Positions 49,654 through 61,000 of a stretch of DNA of 64,000 nt are shown in pieces. Positions within the stretch are counted from its first letter, which is position 1. Every line of letters starts with the position of its first letter. This DNA comes from Nitrosopumilus sp. (GTDB lineage: Archaea > Thermoproteota > Nitrososphaeria > Nitrososphaerales > Nitrosopumilaceae). The stretch spans positions 416,001 through 480,000 of the forward strand of contig OZ241981.1 of NCBI GenBank assembly GCA_965204345.1. The letters are read 5' to 3'. The notes under the pieces were generated by a model. It worked only from the letters and a program-made list of their open reading frames with translations. It was not told the origin of the DNA and made no database searches. Made by a program: the position numbers and the translations under genes.

Positions 49654-49989
49654 ATGAGTGACATGAGATTTGTCATCATTGGGATTGGCTTGGTTTTTGC
49701 AGGCTTTATCATACTAGGAGGGTTTGGAGATGCCTATCGGGCAGCTACAATAGAGTCAAACGAGTTTGGGACATGCTATGAGTATTCTGATAGTGCGGCT
49801 CCCTTGGAGATTGACTGCTCATTTAAGATATTTGATCAGGTAGTATTCTTTGGAATAGTTGCAGGCCTTATTGCAGGAGGCATCATTGCATTGCTCAAGG
49901 GTGCAAGGGGCAACTGGGACAGTAAAATAAAACCCAAAGACATGGTGGGACCAGGAAACAGTCAAAACGAAAAATCAGGCAAGGACTAA
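49654..49989 (+). CDS. Two-TM membrane protein with Cys pair in the loop
   Basis: Two hydrophobic helices flank GTCYEY..EIDCSF; C-terminal KPKDMVGPG. Confidence 0.8.
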   Translation: MSDMRFVIIGIGLVFAGFIILGGFGDAYRAATIESNEFGTCYEYSDSAAPLEIDCSFKIFDQVVFFGIVAGLIAGGIIALLKGARGNWDSKIKPKDMVGPGNSQNEKSGKD

Positions 49990-50075
49990 TCTTGTTTTGC
50001 AGATTCTAGGCCCTCATGATCATCAGGGCTATCTTCTTCTTCTAGTCTTTGAAAACATGCTTTCTTACAAGGCAT
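49986..50075 (-). CDS. Possible 29-aa microprotein
   Basis: MPCKKACFQRLEEEDSPDDHEGLESAKQD*; convergent 4-nt stop overlap like other gene pairs here; short, so uncertain. Confidence 0.3.
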   Translation of the reverse strand: MPCKKACFQRLEEEDSPDDHEGLESAKQD

Positions 50076-50159
50076 TTTATTTGAGATGTATTGCAAAATT
50101 TCACATTTAACCCTGAAGAGCTATTTGTGCTTTAATAGGCATGCAGTGACAAAAAAGAA

Positions 50160-50540
50160 TCAAGGCTCTGATTCGATGATATTTTTCATCGTCTCAAACA
50201 TCTTGCCAATCTCACTCATTCTTTGATCAAATTGTTCGTCATTAATTTCTTCAGGCTTGTTCAAAGTAATTATGACCTCTGAATAGTCGCCATTTGAGAC
50301 TACACGCATCGGGACATCCCAAGAGGATTCCTCATCAGTATATCGGTGATCCAAAATTCCAAGGGATTTGTTTTCATTAAACTTTAGTTGGGATTTTCCA
50401 TGAGGCCCGGTAAATGACCACCAACCTGCATCGTTGATTTTTGCATCAGGCATCAGCTTGGGAGGCATCTGCAGTATGGCATCAAAGGCATCCCCTGTTC
50501 TCTTTTTTACAGTTATAGAAATAGTCCTAGATCTACTCAC
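50160..50540 (-). CDS. SRPBCC-like hypothetical protein
   Basis: SRTISITV..GILDH..WDVPMRVVSNGDYSEVIITL..FD..TMKNIIE; GTG start. Confidence 0.75.
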   Translation of the reverse strand: MSRSRTISITVKKRTGDAFDAILQMPPKLMPDAKINDAGWWSFTGPHGKSQLKFNENKSLGILDHRYTDEESSWDVPMRVVSNGDYSEVIITLNKPEEINDEQFDQRMSEIGKMFETMKNIIESEP

Positions 50541-50605
50541 AAAACATATGATCTGTAATGATTAAAAAGGATATAGTAGCAATCAGGGGAGAGCAATATT
50601 AAGGA

Positions 50606-50782
50606 TTATTTGTTCAAAAATTCTTTGATCTTCTTCAAGTTGGCAACATTTGATTCTTGAAACATCACCATGGATTCAGACAAAGAGTCAGGCAGAACAG
50701 TCTTGAGATTATCAACTAGGTCATTGCCGCTAACAATCATATTATCAATGAGCTTATCAATTTCAGTTTTCTTATCAGCCAT
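50606..50782 (-). CDS. Small helical hypothetical protein (58 aa, not in ORF track)
   Basis: MADKKTEIDKLIDNMIVSGNDLVDNLKTVLPDSLSESMVMFQESNVANLKKIKEFLNK*; AT-rich TATA-like sequence upstream. Confidence 0.75.
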   Translation of the reverse strand: MADKKTEIDKLIDNMIVSGNDLVDNLKTVLPDSLSESMVMFQESNVANLKKIKEFLNK

Positions 50783-50863
50783 TTGAATAGTGTATTAGTT
50801 AGTTGTAATTAAAATTATGTAAAATCGCATGCAGGGGATGGCATTACGTCAGACAGCAGCTAG

Positions 50864-51125
50864 CTGTAAAAATATAGTCTAGCAGAATCCCTACTGCTGT
50901 GTCAGTTTCTTGCTTAAGACTGCCTGGTACTAGCACCGGTTTTGCTAGCGCATGCAGGATGCCTCTCTCTCTCAAAGAGATGCTGACCTGCCCATCTGTG
51001 TGCGTGAATTGCGCAGGGACGTTAGGCATCACTGCTGTCTGCCCTGCCACACCTGCCTGAAAACGTTGTGGAGTTACAGGATATCCCAAGATATCAGCAT
51101 TATATCAGGGCATAGTCAGGTATCA
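50864..51125 (-). pseudogene. Decayed relic of the 3' end of a third giant surface-protein paralog
   Basis: gtctagcagaatccctactgctgtgtcagt and tgacctgcccatctgtgtgcgtgaattg..ctgctgtctgccctgccacacctgcctg align with 21866-22110; residual peptide QFTHTDGQVS versus QFTHTDEQVN. Confidence 0.8.
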
Positions 51126-51143
51126 GCAGCTAATAGTGTGACT

Positions 51144-51377
51144 TTAGTTGTCTTTTTTTATCAGTGTGGCAGTGGACCGTACCTTTTTTAATTTTTGAAT
51201 GTTCCACGAAACAATTTCACGTATCTTTTCAAAATTTTCGGCCTGAAGCTTTACCAGCATGTCATGAGTTCCAATGGTTTCAAAGACATCCACAACCTGA
51301 TCAAGCTCTTTTAGCTGCTCAATAATATCAGACTCTGCACCCAATTCACAGTTGAGCATAACATAGGCATCAGTCAT
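51144..51377 (-). CDS. Stand-alone Lrp/AsnC ligand-binding (RAM) domain protein
   Basis: AYVMLNCELG..TIGTHDMLVKL..VRSTATLI; no HTH. Confidence 0.9.
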   Translation of the reverse strand: MTDAYVMLNCELGAESDIIEQLKELDQVVDVFETIGTHDMLVKLQAENFEKIREIVSWNIQKLKKVRSTATLIKKDN

Positions 51378-51423
51378 AAGATAGGCAACAATCAATCATT
51401 ATTTAAAGATGGAGAATTTTGGA

Positions 51424-51493
51424 TTCTGTTGCGTTTATGAGAAATATACACGAATCTGCTTGATCGCACCAGTTTTAATCAAAGACCTGCAAA
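51424..51493. repeat. ~70-bp dispersed repeat, copy 2 (copy 1 at 15366-15434)
   Basis: ttctgttgcgtttatgagaaatatacacgaatctgcttgatcgcaccagttttaatcaaagacctgcaaa. Confidence 0.85.
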
Positions 51494-51600
51494 TGGACTG
51501 GTAAATTCCAGCGATCAGATCATCGGAGTTTGCCAGACCCGCAAAGACAACTGATGCCATGATGATAATAATGATCAGATTGCCAATCTTCCTTAAATAA

Positions 51601-51903
51601 TTACAAGTCAGAGATCAGTCCAGAAAGAAACATGTGAAATTCCTCGTCATTAAAAGTAATTGTTTCAAATTTATTTTCACTCCTAGCTAGCTGTGCAGAC
51701 TCCAAGTGATAGCAGGCAGTTTTGCCATGTAGCTTGCCAAAATAAAATCCAGGACAGGAACAATAGCGGGCGCCAGGATCAATCCAGTGCTCCCTGCTTT
51801 TTCCAACCACTGTCCAAATCTTTGTCTGACTGGGCTCAAAAACATGTAATTTTACACGTTTTTGAGAGACAAATGATTGGATTCGTTCCAGGTCTTTGTC
51901 CAT
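51601..51903 (-). CDS. SWIM zinc-finger protein
   Basis: IWTVVGK..YCSCPGFYF..CYHL. Confidence 0.85.
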   Translation of the reverse strand: MDKDLERIQSFVSQKRVKLHVFEPSQTKIWTVVGKSREHWIDPGARYCSCPGFYFGKLHGKTACYHLESAQLARSENKFETITFNDEEFHMFLSGLISDL

Positions 51904-52313
51904 ATGTGTTAATAGATACCCATAGTATAACTATGATGTCACAAAAAGGACAAACCCATAAGAATCAGCCTTAATTAGATGATATGAAAAAATATAGTCT
52001 TGCAGTTACTTATATCCACATAGTATTTGAGGGTAACACGATATCAAAGGGGATTTTCGCAGGTAAAAATTCAAGTGCAAATGAATCAGTCAAAGGATTA
52101 ACAAGGACACTGGTAATATATAAAAAAAAGGCCAGATTATGCAATTTTGTGAGACAGTGAGAGGGCCGTTGTTTCCAATGCAGGGATTAACTAAAGCTTG
52201 TTTGGGTTGTGGTACTTTTATTTTCAAACTTTTGGATTGCCAAAGGATGCAGATAAAAGATGTTGCAAGGCAGATATGATAAACTAGGAGAAAACAACTT
52301 TGCAGTCTAATAA

Positions 52314-55036
52314 ATCAAAAGTACCTGTAAAATAGCAAAGAATTAGAAAGAGTCTAGCCCAACGGAATCTCTACTGTCTGTGTCAGTATTCCCTGCTCAA
52401 CGCCGTTGGTGCTAACGCTGATTGCGTTGCCGCCCTGCTGGATGCCCCTCAAGGAGTTGACCTGCTCATCAGTGTGCGTAAACTGTACAAAGACGTTCAG
52501 ATCATCATTGCTGTCTTCCCTGCCATACCTGTCTGGGAACGCGATGGTAGTCACGGTTTGTCCTGAGATTCCAAGTTCCTTTTCTGCAAACACGTCAGGT
52601 ACTGACTGCAACACCATGTATTGCGTTAGTGTCTCACCGGTATCCTCGTTTGTAAACTCAATGTTGGTATTTAGGAATTCTTTGAGCACGTCTGGCAGGT
52701 CAACCTGCGTTGTTCTGTCGTTGATTTTCATGCCTGATTTTTGAGATACAACTACTGCATCCTCAGATGCAATTGCAATTTCAGCAGAGGTTGGAACTAT
52801 AGTCCTGCTTCCATCTCCTGCAACAATCTCAATTGTGTCACCGCCCAAGAGAACGCCTCTCATGGAGTTGACCATATCATCAGAGGATGATATCTGCAAG
52901 AAGAGGTTTGCATTGTTGTTGCTCTCCTCAGAACCGGGTCTGTCAGTTAGTGCAACGGTGGTAACTGTCTGTCCGCTGATTCCCAGGACAGTCTCGGCAT
53001 ACTTGTCAGGGTTGGATTGCAGTGTCTGGAAATCAGTGAGTCTCATGCCAGTGTTATCATTTGTAATATCAGTAAAGTCAGCAAGGAACTCGCGGACTAG
53101 TTGGGGTGTCTGTACAGGAGTTAGGCCAGGTATCGGTACTGTTTGGATATCAGGCATGGTGTCAGTTGGCAAATCTGCTGTAGAAGAGGGCTGGTCAGGT
53201 GTTACAACTGCACTGCCACCGGTAATAACAGGTGAGGATGACTCGTATGTATTTACAGATACAGAGCCCGAACATTCGGTGATGTTAAGTGACTTTGAAT
53301 CAGTTGATATTCCCCTTGATACAATATTTTCTACCTGTACGTGTACAAATGACTCGTTTGGTGAGAGGCTTGCATCAAATGAAATTCTGCCAGGATGGGA
53401 CTGCTCATCAGAGCGTTCTGCCGTGATTACACCTGCATAGGTTCTAAGCTTTACAGACAGATTGTCAGTTGCAGGACCAGCTATTACGTTGATTGTGTTT
53501 GCCTCACAGACATCCCATTGTACATCATACAAAACAGCAGCAGAGGCACCATTTGCAACAGATGAGCCGCTAGATGGAAGGGAAGCGCCACCGCCACCGC
53601 CGCCACCACCACCACCGCCGCCACCGCTGCGGCTACTAGAAGGTGTGGATGGTGTAGGTTCGACAGGAACCGTAGAGAATGAGCCAAATGAACTAAAGTG
53701 CGTGGTCCAGATGATCATATCAGAGCCGTCACGAACAAAACAGGATTCCAACGCAGTGCCAGCTTCAAGATTAGTATTGGCAGTAGTCTGATTGACAGGA
53801 ACAAATGGACATACAACTAGTGATCGTGAATCTACAACGCCATCAGCAACTTCTTCTGAGAAGAAGGCACCCTCATAGCTTGCCTGGCCAGGCAAGAGTA
53901 ACCTGACTGCCTGATCAAATGTTAATCTAGTGTTATCATCACCGACTGAGAATGCCAGGCCTATCTCATCATTTGGAGTTGGAGGAGTAACAGTACCAGT
54001 AGAAAGAGATGGAACTGCAATACGGCCAGTCCAGTCACCAGATGAATCGCTTACAACCACATTAGCCGGATAAGTGACAGTTACTGTTTGAGAATCAGAG
54101 AGTGTAGAATTAACGACAGTAACAGAATCAGAAATTGTCACACTCTTTGGTACGGTTGGATTGGCAGTACCAAATGTTGGAGCGCCATTAAAGTCAAGCA
54201 GCTGGCCATCAGTAGTGAAAATCGTTTCAGGCAATGTGTCATGTATTACATTAAGGGTGATCAAATTTGAAGATGCCAGATATGTCCTTACAACATCACT
54301 CCCAAGCGGGATATTATCCTCAATGGTATCTCCGGTAGTGTTGATTGTAACTGTAACTGGGGCAGATGCGGTGTTGAGGTTGCCTGCAAGGTCTGCTGCC
54401 ACATCTGCTGCTATTGATACAACTATTGTTCCGTCTGTAGAGCCGCGAGCCACATTAAAGGTGTAGACACTGCCATCACCACCAATGTTGGATGCTACTG
54501 GATTGCCGCTGTTTGCAGTGCCAGTTACTGTAATGTCACCTAGCTCAAAGTTCTGGACATCCTCACTGAATGTTGCCGTAAACGTTACTTGGTCATCACT
54601 GGTGGTAGTGATGCCATCAGCAGGTGTAATGGATACGGATGGCCTCACCATGTCCACTGTAATAATATGTACAGCATCTGTGTTGCCATCTGTTACCACA
54701 TCGTCAGGTATGGTTACTGTTAGCTCACCACCTGTGGTGATGCCGTGTGTTACTGTAAAGGCATAGTCAGCACCGCTTCCACTAAATGCAGATATCAGGC
54801 TGCCAGGTGTATCGGAAGGAACTCCGTCAATTGCCACAGTGATGTCAGATTCTACAAATTCCGTGACATCCTCGCTAAAGGTTGCAGTAAATGAGATGGT
54901 ATCAGAGTTTGTAGGATCAGCAGCATTTGTGCTCAGGGATACGTATGGGACAGTGGTGTCTATGGTGACAGTGACTGGTACAGATGCGGTATTAGAGTTG
55001 CCTGCAAGATCTGCTGCTACGTCTGCTGCAATGGAT
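52314..55036 (-). repeat. ~2.7-kb near-identical direct repeat (3' end and 3' flank of paralog 2); partner at 21828-24553
   Basis: Shared atcaaaagtacctgtaaaatagcaaagaattagaaagagtctagcc flank plus coding sequence. Confidence 0.95.
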
Positions 55037-58000
55037 GGAATTATAGTTCCGTCTGAGGTTCCGCGAGCAACATCAAAGGTGTATGTGCGAGCATCAACTG
55101 GTACAAAGTTGGATGCTACAGGATTGGTGCCGTTTGCTGTGCCTGTTACTGTAATGTCTCCTAGTTCAAAGTTCTGAACATCCTCGCTAAATGTTACTGT
55201 AAATGGTACCGTATCAAGTCCGGTGCTGCTGCCAATAGATGAACTGACAGAGACAGTTGGGGCAATGGTGTCTATTGTGACGGTAATTTGGGCAGATGCC
55301 TCATTGGAGTTGCCTGCTGCATCTGTTGCCTTTAATGCATCTATGGATACGGTCACGGTTCCGTCTGTGGTACCGCGGAGAACATCAAAGGTGTAGACAC
55401 TGCCTGTTCCACCAAGGTCGGATGCCACTGGACTGCCGCCGTTGGCAGTACCAGTTACTGTAATGTCAGTTAGGTCAAAGTCCCCAACATCCTTGTTGAA
55501 TGTTGCCGTAAATGGTATTGTAGCAAGGTTGGTGTTATCACCTGCAGTCGTAGTTACGGAGACTGTAAGGGGAACGGTGTCTATTGTGACGGTAACTGAA
55601 TTAGATCCAGTGTTGGGGTTGCCTGCAAGGTCTGTTAGCTCACCTTCATCTATTAATACATTTACGGTTCCATCTGTAGAGCCGCGAGCAACATCAAAGG
55701 TGTATGTGCGGGCATTAACTGTTACAAAGTTGGATGCTGTGGGACTGCCGTCGTTGGCAAAGCCAGATACTGTAATGTCAGATAGGACAAAGTCTTGGAC
55801 ATCCTCGCTAAATTCTACTGTAAATGTTACTGGGTCATCACGGGTGGTGGTGCCATTGGCAGGCGTGATGGTTACAGATGGATCTATTCTGTCCACTGTG
55901 AGTGTATGAGTACTTGCCGTGTTGCCCTCTGCTACCGCACCGTCAGGTATGGTTACTGTTAGTTCACCTTCTGCGGCGATGCCGTGTGTGACTGTAAAGG
56001 TATAGTCAGCACCGCTTCCACTAAAGGCAGTTATCAGGCTATTAGATGCTGGGATTCCGTCAATTGCTACAACGATGTCAGATTGCACAAATCCTGTGAC
56101 ATCCCCGCTAAAGGTTGCAGTAAATTCGACGGTCTCAGAGTTTGTAGGATCAGCGGCAGTTGTGCTCAGGGATACTGATTGGATAGTGCTGTCTATAGTG
56201 ACAGTAACTGGGGCAGATACCTCATTGGAGTTGCCTGCAAGGTCTGTTGCCACGTCTGCTGCAATGGATGGAATTACAGTTCCGTCTGTGGTGCCGCGAG
56301 CAACATCAAAGGTGTATGTGCTGGCATCAACTGTTACAAAGTTGGATGCTGCTGGAGTACCGCCGTTGGCAGTACCAGTTACTGTAATGTCACCTAGCTC
56401 AAAGTTCTGGACATCCTCGCTAAAGGTTGCAGTAAATGTTACGGGGTCATCACCTGTGATGGTGCCATCAACAGGCGTAATGGATACGGTTGGAACTATT
56501 CTGTCCACTGTGAGTGTAGTAGTGGTACTTGCCGTGTTGCCCTCTGCTACCGCATTGACAGGTATTGTTACTGTTAGTTCACCACCTGTGGTGATGCCGT
56601 GTGTGACTGTAAAGGTATAGTCAGCACCGCTTCCACTAAATGCAGATATCAAATTGGGTGTGTCAGTTCCGTTAATTGCCACGGCAATATCAGACTGCAC
56701 GAATCCAGTGACATCCCTGCTAAATGTTGCAGTAAATGGTATGGTCTCAAGGTTGGTGATTGGATTGGCAGTCGTGCTCAGAGATACTGTAACAGCAGAC
56801 ACATACTGTATGGTGACGTTATAGCCTGTATCTCTGTTGCCGTCATTGACACGAACACGTATCTCACATTGCTCTGCTGAATCATCATTTGGATCAAAGC
56901 TTAGCGTGGTGGGAGGATCTTGTACGGTTATTATGGCAGATGTGCAGTCATTTGAACTATGTCCAGTAGCCGAAAATGCTAGTTCCTTGTTGTCTTCAAA
57001 GAGTTCATTGACATCTAAGACGACTGTACGAGATTGGTCTGGCTGTACCACAATGTTGAGATTAGTTCTTTCGGTGGGTCTAGGATCTTCTTTTACCATT
57101 ATGGTGACTGCATATGCCCCGTCGGTGCTGGCATCTGTTCCATCAGAAATGTCAAAGGAGATGGTACATGTATGTGCATTGAAGGGAAGAAACTCAAATA
57201 TGCCGCCGTTGGACTCTTGCGTTATTCGTGCGCCACAGTCCTCTGTCGTGATGGTGTATGATAGCGTATCACCGTCGGGGTCTGTAAAGTGATCATCTAG
57301 AGAGAATGTTGGAGGAGTTAATGTGGGGTGCTCTAGGGTTATAACGGGTGGTACTGCTGGAACTGGTGGCAAAAAGTTGGAGACAGTGGTGTCTACTATT
57401 GTGACGGTAACTGAGGCAGATGCGGTGTTGAGGTTGCCTGCAAGGTCTGCTGCCACGTCTGCTGCAATGGATGGAATTACAGTTCCGTCTGTGGTGCCGC
57501 GAGCAACATCAAATGTGTAGACACTGCCTGTTCCAAGAAGGTTGGATGCTACTGGATTGGTGCCATTGGCAGTACCAGTTACTGTAATGTCAGTTAGGAC
57601 AAAGTTCTGGACATCCTCGCTAAAGGTTGCCGTAAACGTTACTGAGTTATCGCTGGTGGTGGTGCCATTGACAGGTGTGATGGATACTGATGGTCTTATT
57701 CTGTCCACGGTAAGTGTATGAGTACTTGCTGTGTTACCCTCTACTACCGCATTGGCAGGTATGGTTACTGTTAGTTCACCTTGTGTGGTGATGCCGTGTG
57801 TTACTGTAAAGTCGTATTGGGTACCACTAGTTTCAGTAAAGGCAGTTATCAGGCCGGATGTGTCAGTTTCGTTAATTGCCACAACGATATCAGATTGCAC
57901 GAATTGTGTGACATCCTCGCTAAAGGTTGCAGTAAATGAGACGGTCTCAGAGTTGGTAGGATCAGATGCAGTTGTAGTTACAGAGACAGATGGGACATTG

Positions 58001-61000
58001 GTGTCTACGGTGACGGTAACCGGGGCAGATGCGGTGTTGGTGTTGCCTGCAAGGTCTGTTGCTACGTCTGCTGCTATGGATGGAATTATGGTTCCGTCTG
58101 TGGTGCCGCGAGCAACATCAAAGGTGTATGTGCTGCCATCAACTGTTACAAAGTTGGATGCTACTAGATTGGTGCCGTTTGCAGAGCCAGTTATTGTAAT
58201 ATCACCTAGCTCAAAGTTCTCAACGTCTTCGCTAAATGTTGCCGTAAATGTTACTGAGTTATCGCTGATAGTGGTGCCATCGACAGGCGTAATGGATACT
58301 GATGGTCTTATTCTGTCCACGGTAAGTGTATGAGTACTTGCCGTGTTGCCCTCTGCTACCGCACCGTCAGGTATTGTTACTGTTAGTTCACCTTGTGTGG
58401 TGATGCCGTGTGTTACTGTAAAGGTATAGTCAGTACCGCTTCCATTAAATGCAGATATCAGACCCGGTGTGTCGGTTCCGTTAATTGCCACAACGATATC
58501 AGATTGCACGAATTGTGTGACATCCTCGCTAAAGGTTGCCGTAAATGAGACGGTCTCAGAGTTGGTAAGATCAGATGCAGTTGTAGTTACAGAGACAGAT
58601 GGGACATTGGTGTCTATGGTGACGGTAACCGGGGCAGATGCAGTGTTGGAGTTGCCTGCAAGGTCTGTTGCCACGTCTGCTGCTATGGATACAATCACGG
58701 TTCCGTCTGAGCTTCCACGTACTATATCAAAGGTGTATTGGTTACCAGATCCTGCAAGGTTGGATGCTGCTGGAGTGCCGCCGTTGGCAGTGCCCGTTAC
58801 TGTAATGTCAGCTAGCACAAAGTCTGCAACTGGCTTGTTGAAGGTTACTGTAAATGGTACCGTATCAAGGTTGGTATTCTCGCCTGCAGTTGTAATTACA
58901 GAGACTATTAGAGCTTCAGTGTCTATGGTGACGGTAACTGGGGCAGATGCAGTGTTGGAGTTGCCTGCAAGGTCTGTTGCCACGTCTGCTGCTATGGATG
59001 GAATTACGGTTCCGTCTGATGAGCCTCGAGCAACATCAAAGGTGTATGTGCGGGCATCAACTGTTGCAAAGTTGGTTGCTGTCGGATTGGTGCCGTTGAC
59101 AGTGCCTGTTACTGTAATGTCATCTAGGATAAAGTTCTGGACATCCTCACTGAATGTTGCAGTAAATGTTACTGGATTATCACTGGTACGAGTGCCATCA
59201 GCAGGTGTAATGGTTACGGTTGGGACAATGGTGTCTATTGTGACGGTAACTGGGGCAGATGCCATATTGGTGTTCTCTGCGTCATCTGTTGCCACATCTG
59301 CTGCAATGGATACAATTACGGTTCCGTCAGAAGCTATGCCTGCAACGTTAAAGGTGTATGTGCTGGCATCAACTGCTGCAAAACCGGATGCTGTAAGGGT
59401 GCCGCCGTTGGCAGTGCCTTCTACTGTAATGTCAGCTAGCTCAAAGTCCTCAACAGCTTTGCCAAAGGTTACTGTAAAGGGTACCGTAGCAAGGTTGGTG
59501 GTGTCGCCTGCAGTTGTAGTTACAGAGACTGTTAGAGCTTCAGTGTCTATTGTGACGGTAACTGGGGCAGATGCGGTGTTGGAGTTGCCTGCAAGGTCTG
59601 CTACCACGCCTGCGGCAATGAATGCAGTTACGGTTCCGTCTGTGGTGCCGCGAGCAACATCAAAGGTGTATGTGCTGCCATCAACTGTTACAAAGTTGGT
59701 TGCTGCCGGATTGGTGCCGTTTGCAGTGCCAGTTATTGTAATATCACCTAGCTCAAAGTTCTCAACGTCTTCGCTAAATGTTGCCGTAAATGTTACTGGG
59801 TTATCGCTGGTAGTGGTGCCATCGACAGGCGTAATGGATACTGATGGACTTATTCTGTCCACGGTAAGTGTATGAGTACTTGCCGTGTTGCCCTCTGCTA
59901 CAGCACCGGCAGGTATTGTTACTGTTAGTTCACCTTGTGTGATGATGCCGTGTGTTACTGTAAAGGTATAGTCAGCACCGCTTCCACTAAATGCAGATAT
60001 CAGACCCGATGTGTCAGTTCCGTTAATTGCCACTACAATGTCATCCCGGATGAATTCTGTGACATCCTCGCTAAATGTTGCAGTAAATGGTATGGCCGCA
60101 AGATTGGTGATTGGATCGGCAGTAGTAGTTATAGATGCAGTAGGGTCAGACAGATATTGTATGGTAATTGCTGTATCAATCTCCCTGTTGCCGTCGCTTA
60201 TGGTAATTTCCAGGGTACAAACGTCTGCGGTGACAAACTCATTTGCCGGGATAAAGTAAAAGTTGGTGGGGGTAAAGTCAGTTACATCAAAAGCGTCACA
60301 GTCAAACGAATCCCAACTGGCAAAGACAATTGTGAGCTGCTTGTTGTCATCATAAAGGTTGTTGGGATTAATGTTTACCGTGCGGGATTGGCCTGGCTGC
60401 ACCTGTATGGTCAGATCACCGGGGATAGGGGCAGGGTCTTCTATCACATTTAGGGTTACGCTGTATGGACTGTCAGTACTGGTATGTGTGCCATCAGAAA
60501 TGTTAAAGGTCAAAATGCATGTCTCTGCAGTGGTAGAACTAAAGAGAAATTCAGAGCCAGTTGACAGGTCTCCTTGACAGAGATCAGATAAGTCTTCAAA
60601 GGTTATGACGTCTCCGTCTGGATCCACAAAGTGATCAGAGAGGGAGATTGACTGGCTTGCTAGTGTGGGATACTCCAAGGTTATGACGGGAGGTACTGTT
60701 GGAATCGGGGGCAACAAGTTGGTGGAGGTACCATCTATTGTGACGGTAACAGATCTAGGCGATGCCGTGTTGGAATTGCCTAGGGTGTCTGTTGCCACGT
60801 CTGCTGGAATTGACACAGTTACGGTTCCGTCCGTCGAGCCGCGGAGAACATCAAAGGTGTATGTGCGGCCATCAACTGTTGCAAAGTTGGTTGCTGCAGG
60901 ACTGCCGCCGTTGGCAGTGCCTGTTACTGTAATGTCTCCAAGCTCAAAGTTCACAACACTCTTGGTAAAGGTTGCCGTAAATGGTATGGTAGTAAGGCTA

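Noticed and set aside
50844-51191. ORF-track calls 50844-51089 (-) and 50952-51191 (+)
   Set aside because: Both are chance frames over the decayed giant-gene relic.
43350-57385. Diversity-generating retroelement explanation for cassette A versus A' differences
   Set aside because: The substitutions are not adenine-specific on either strand, an indel is present, and no reverse transcriptase gene is in the window.
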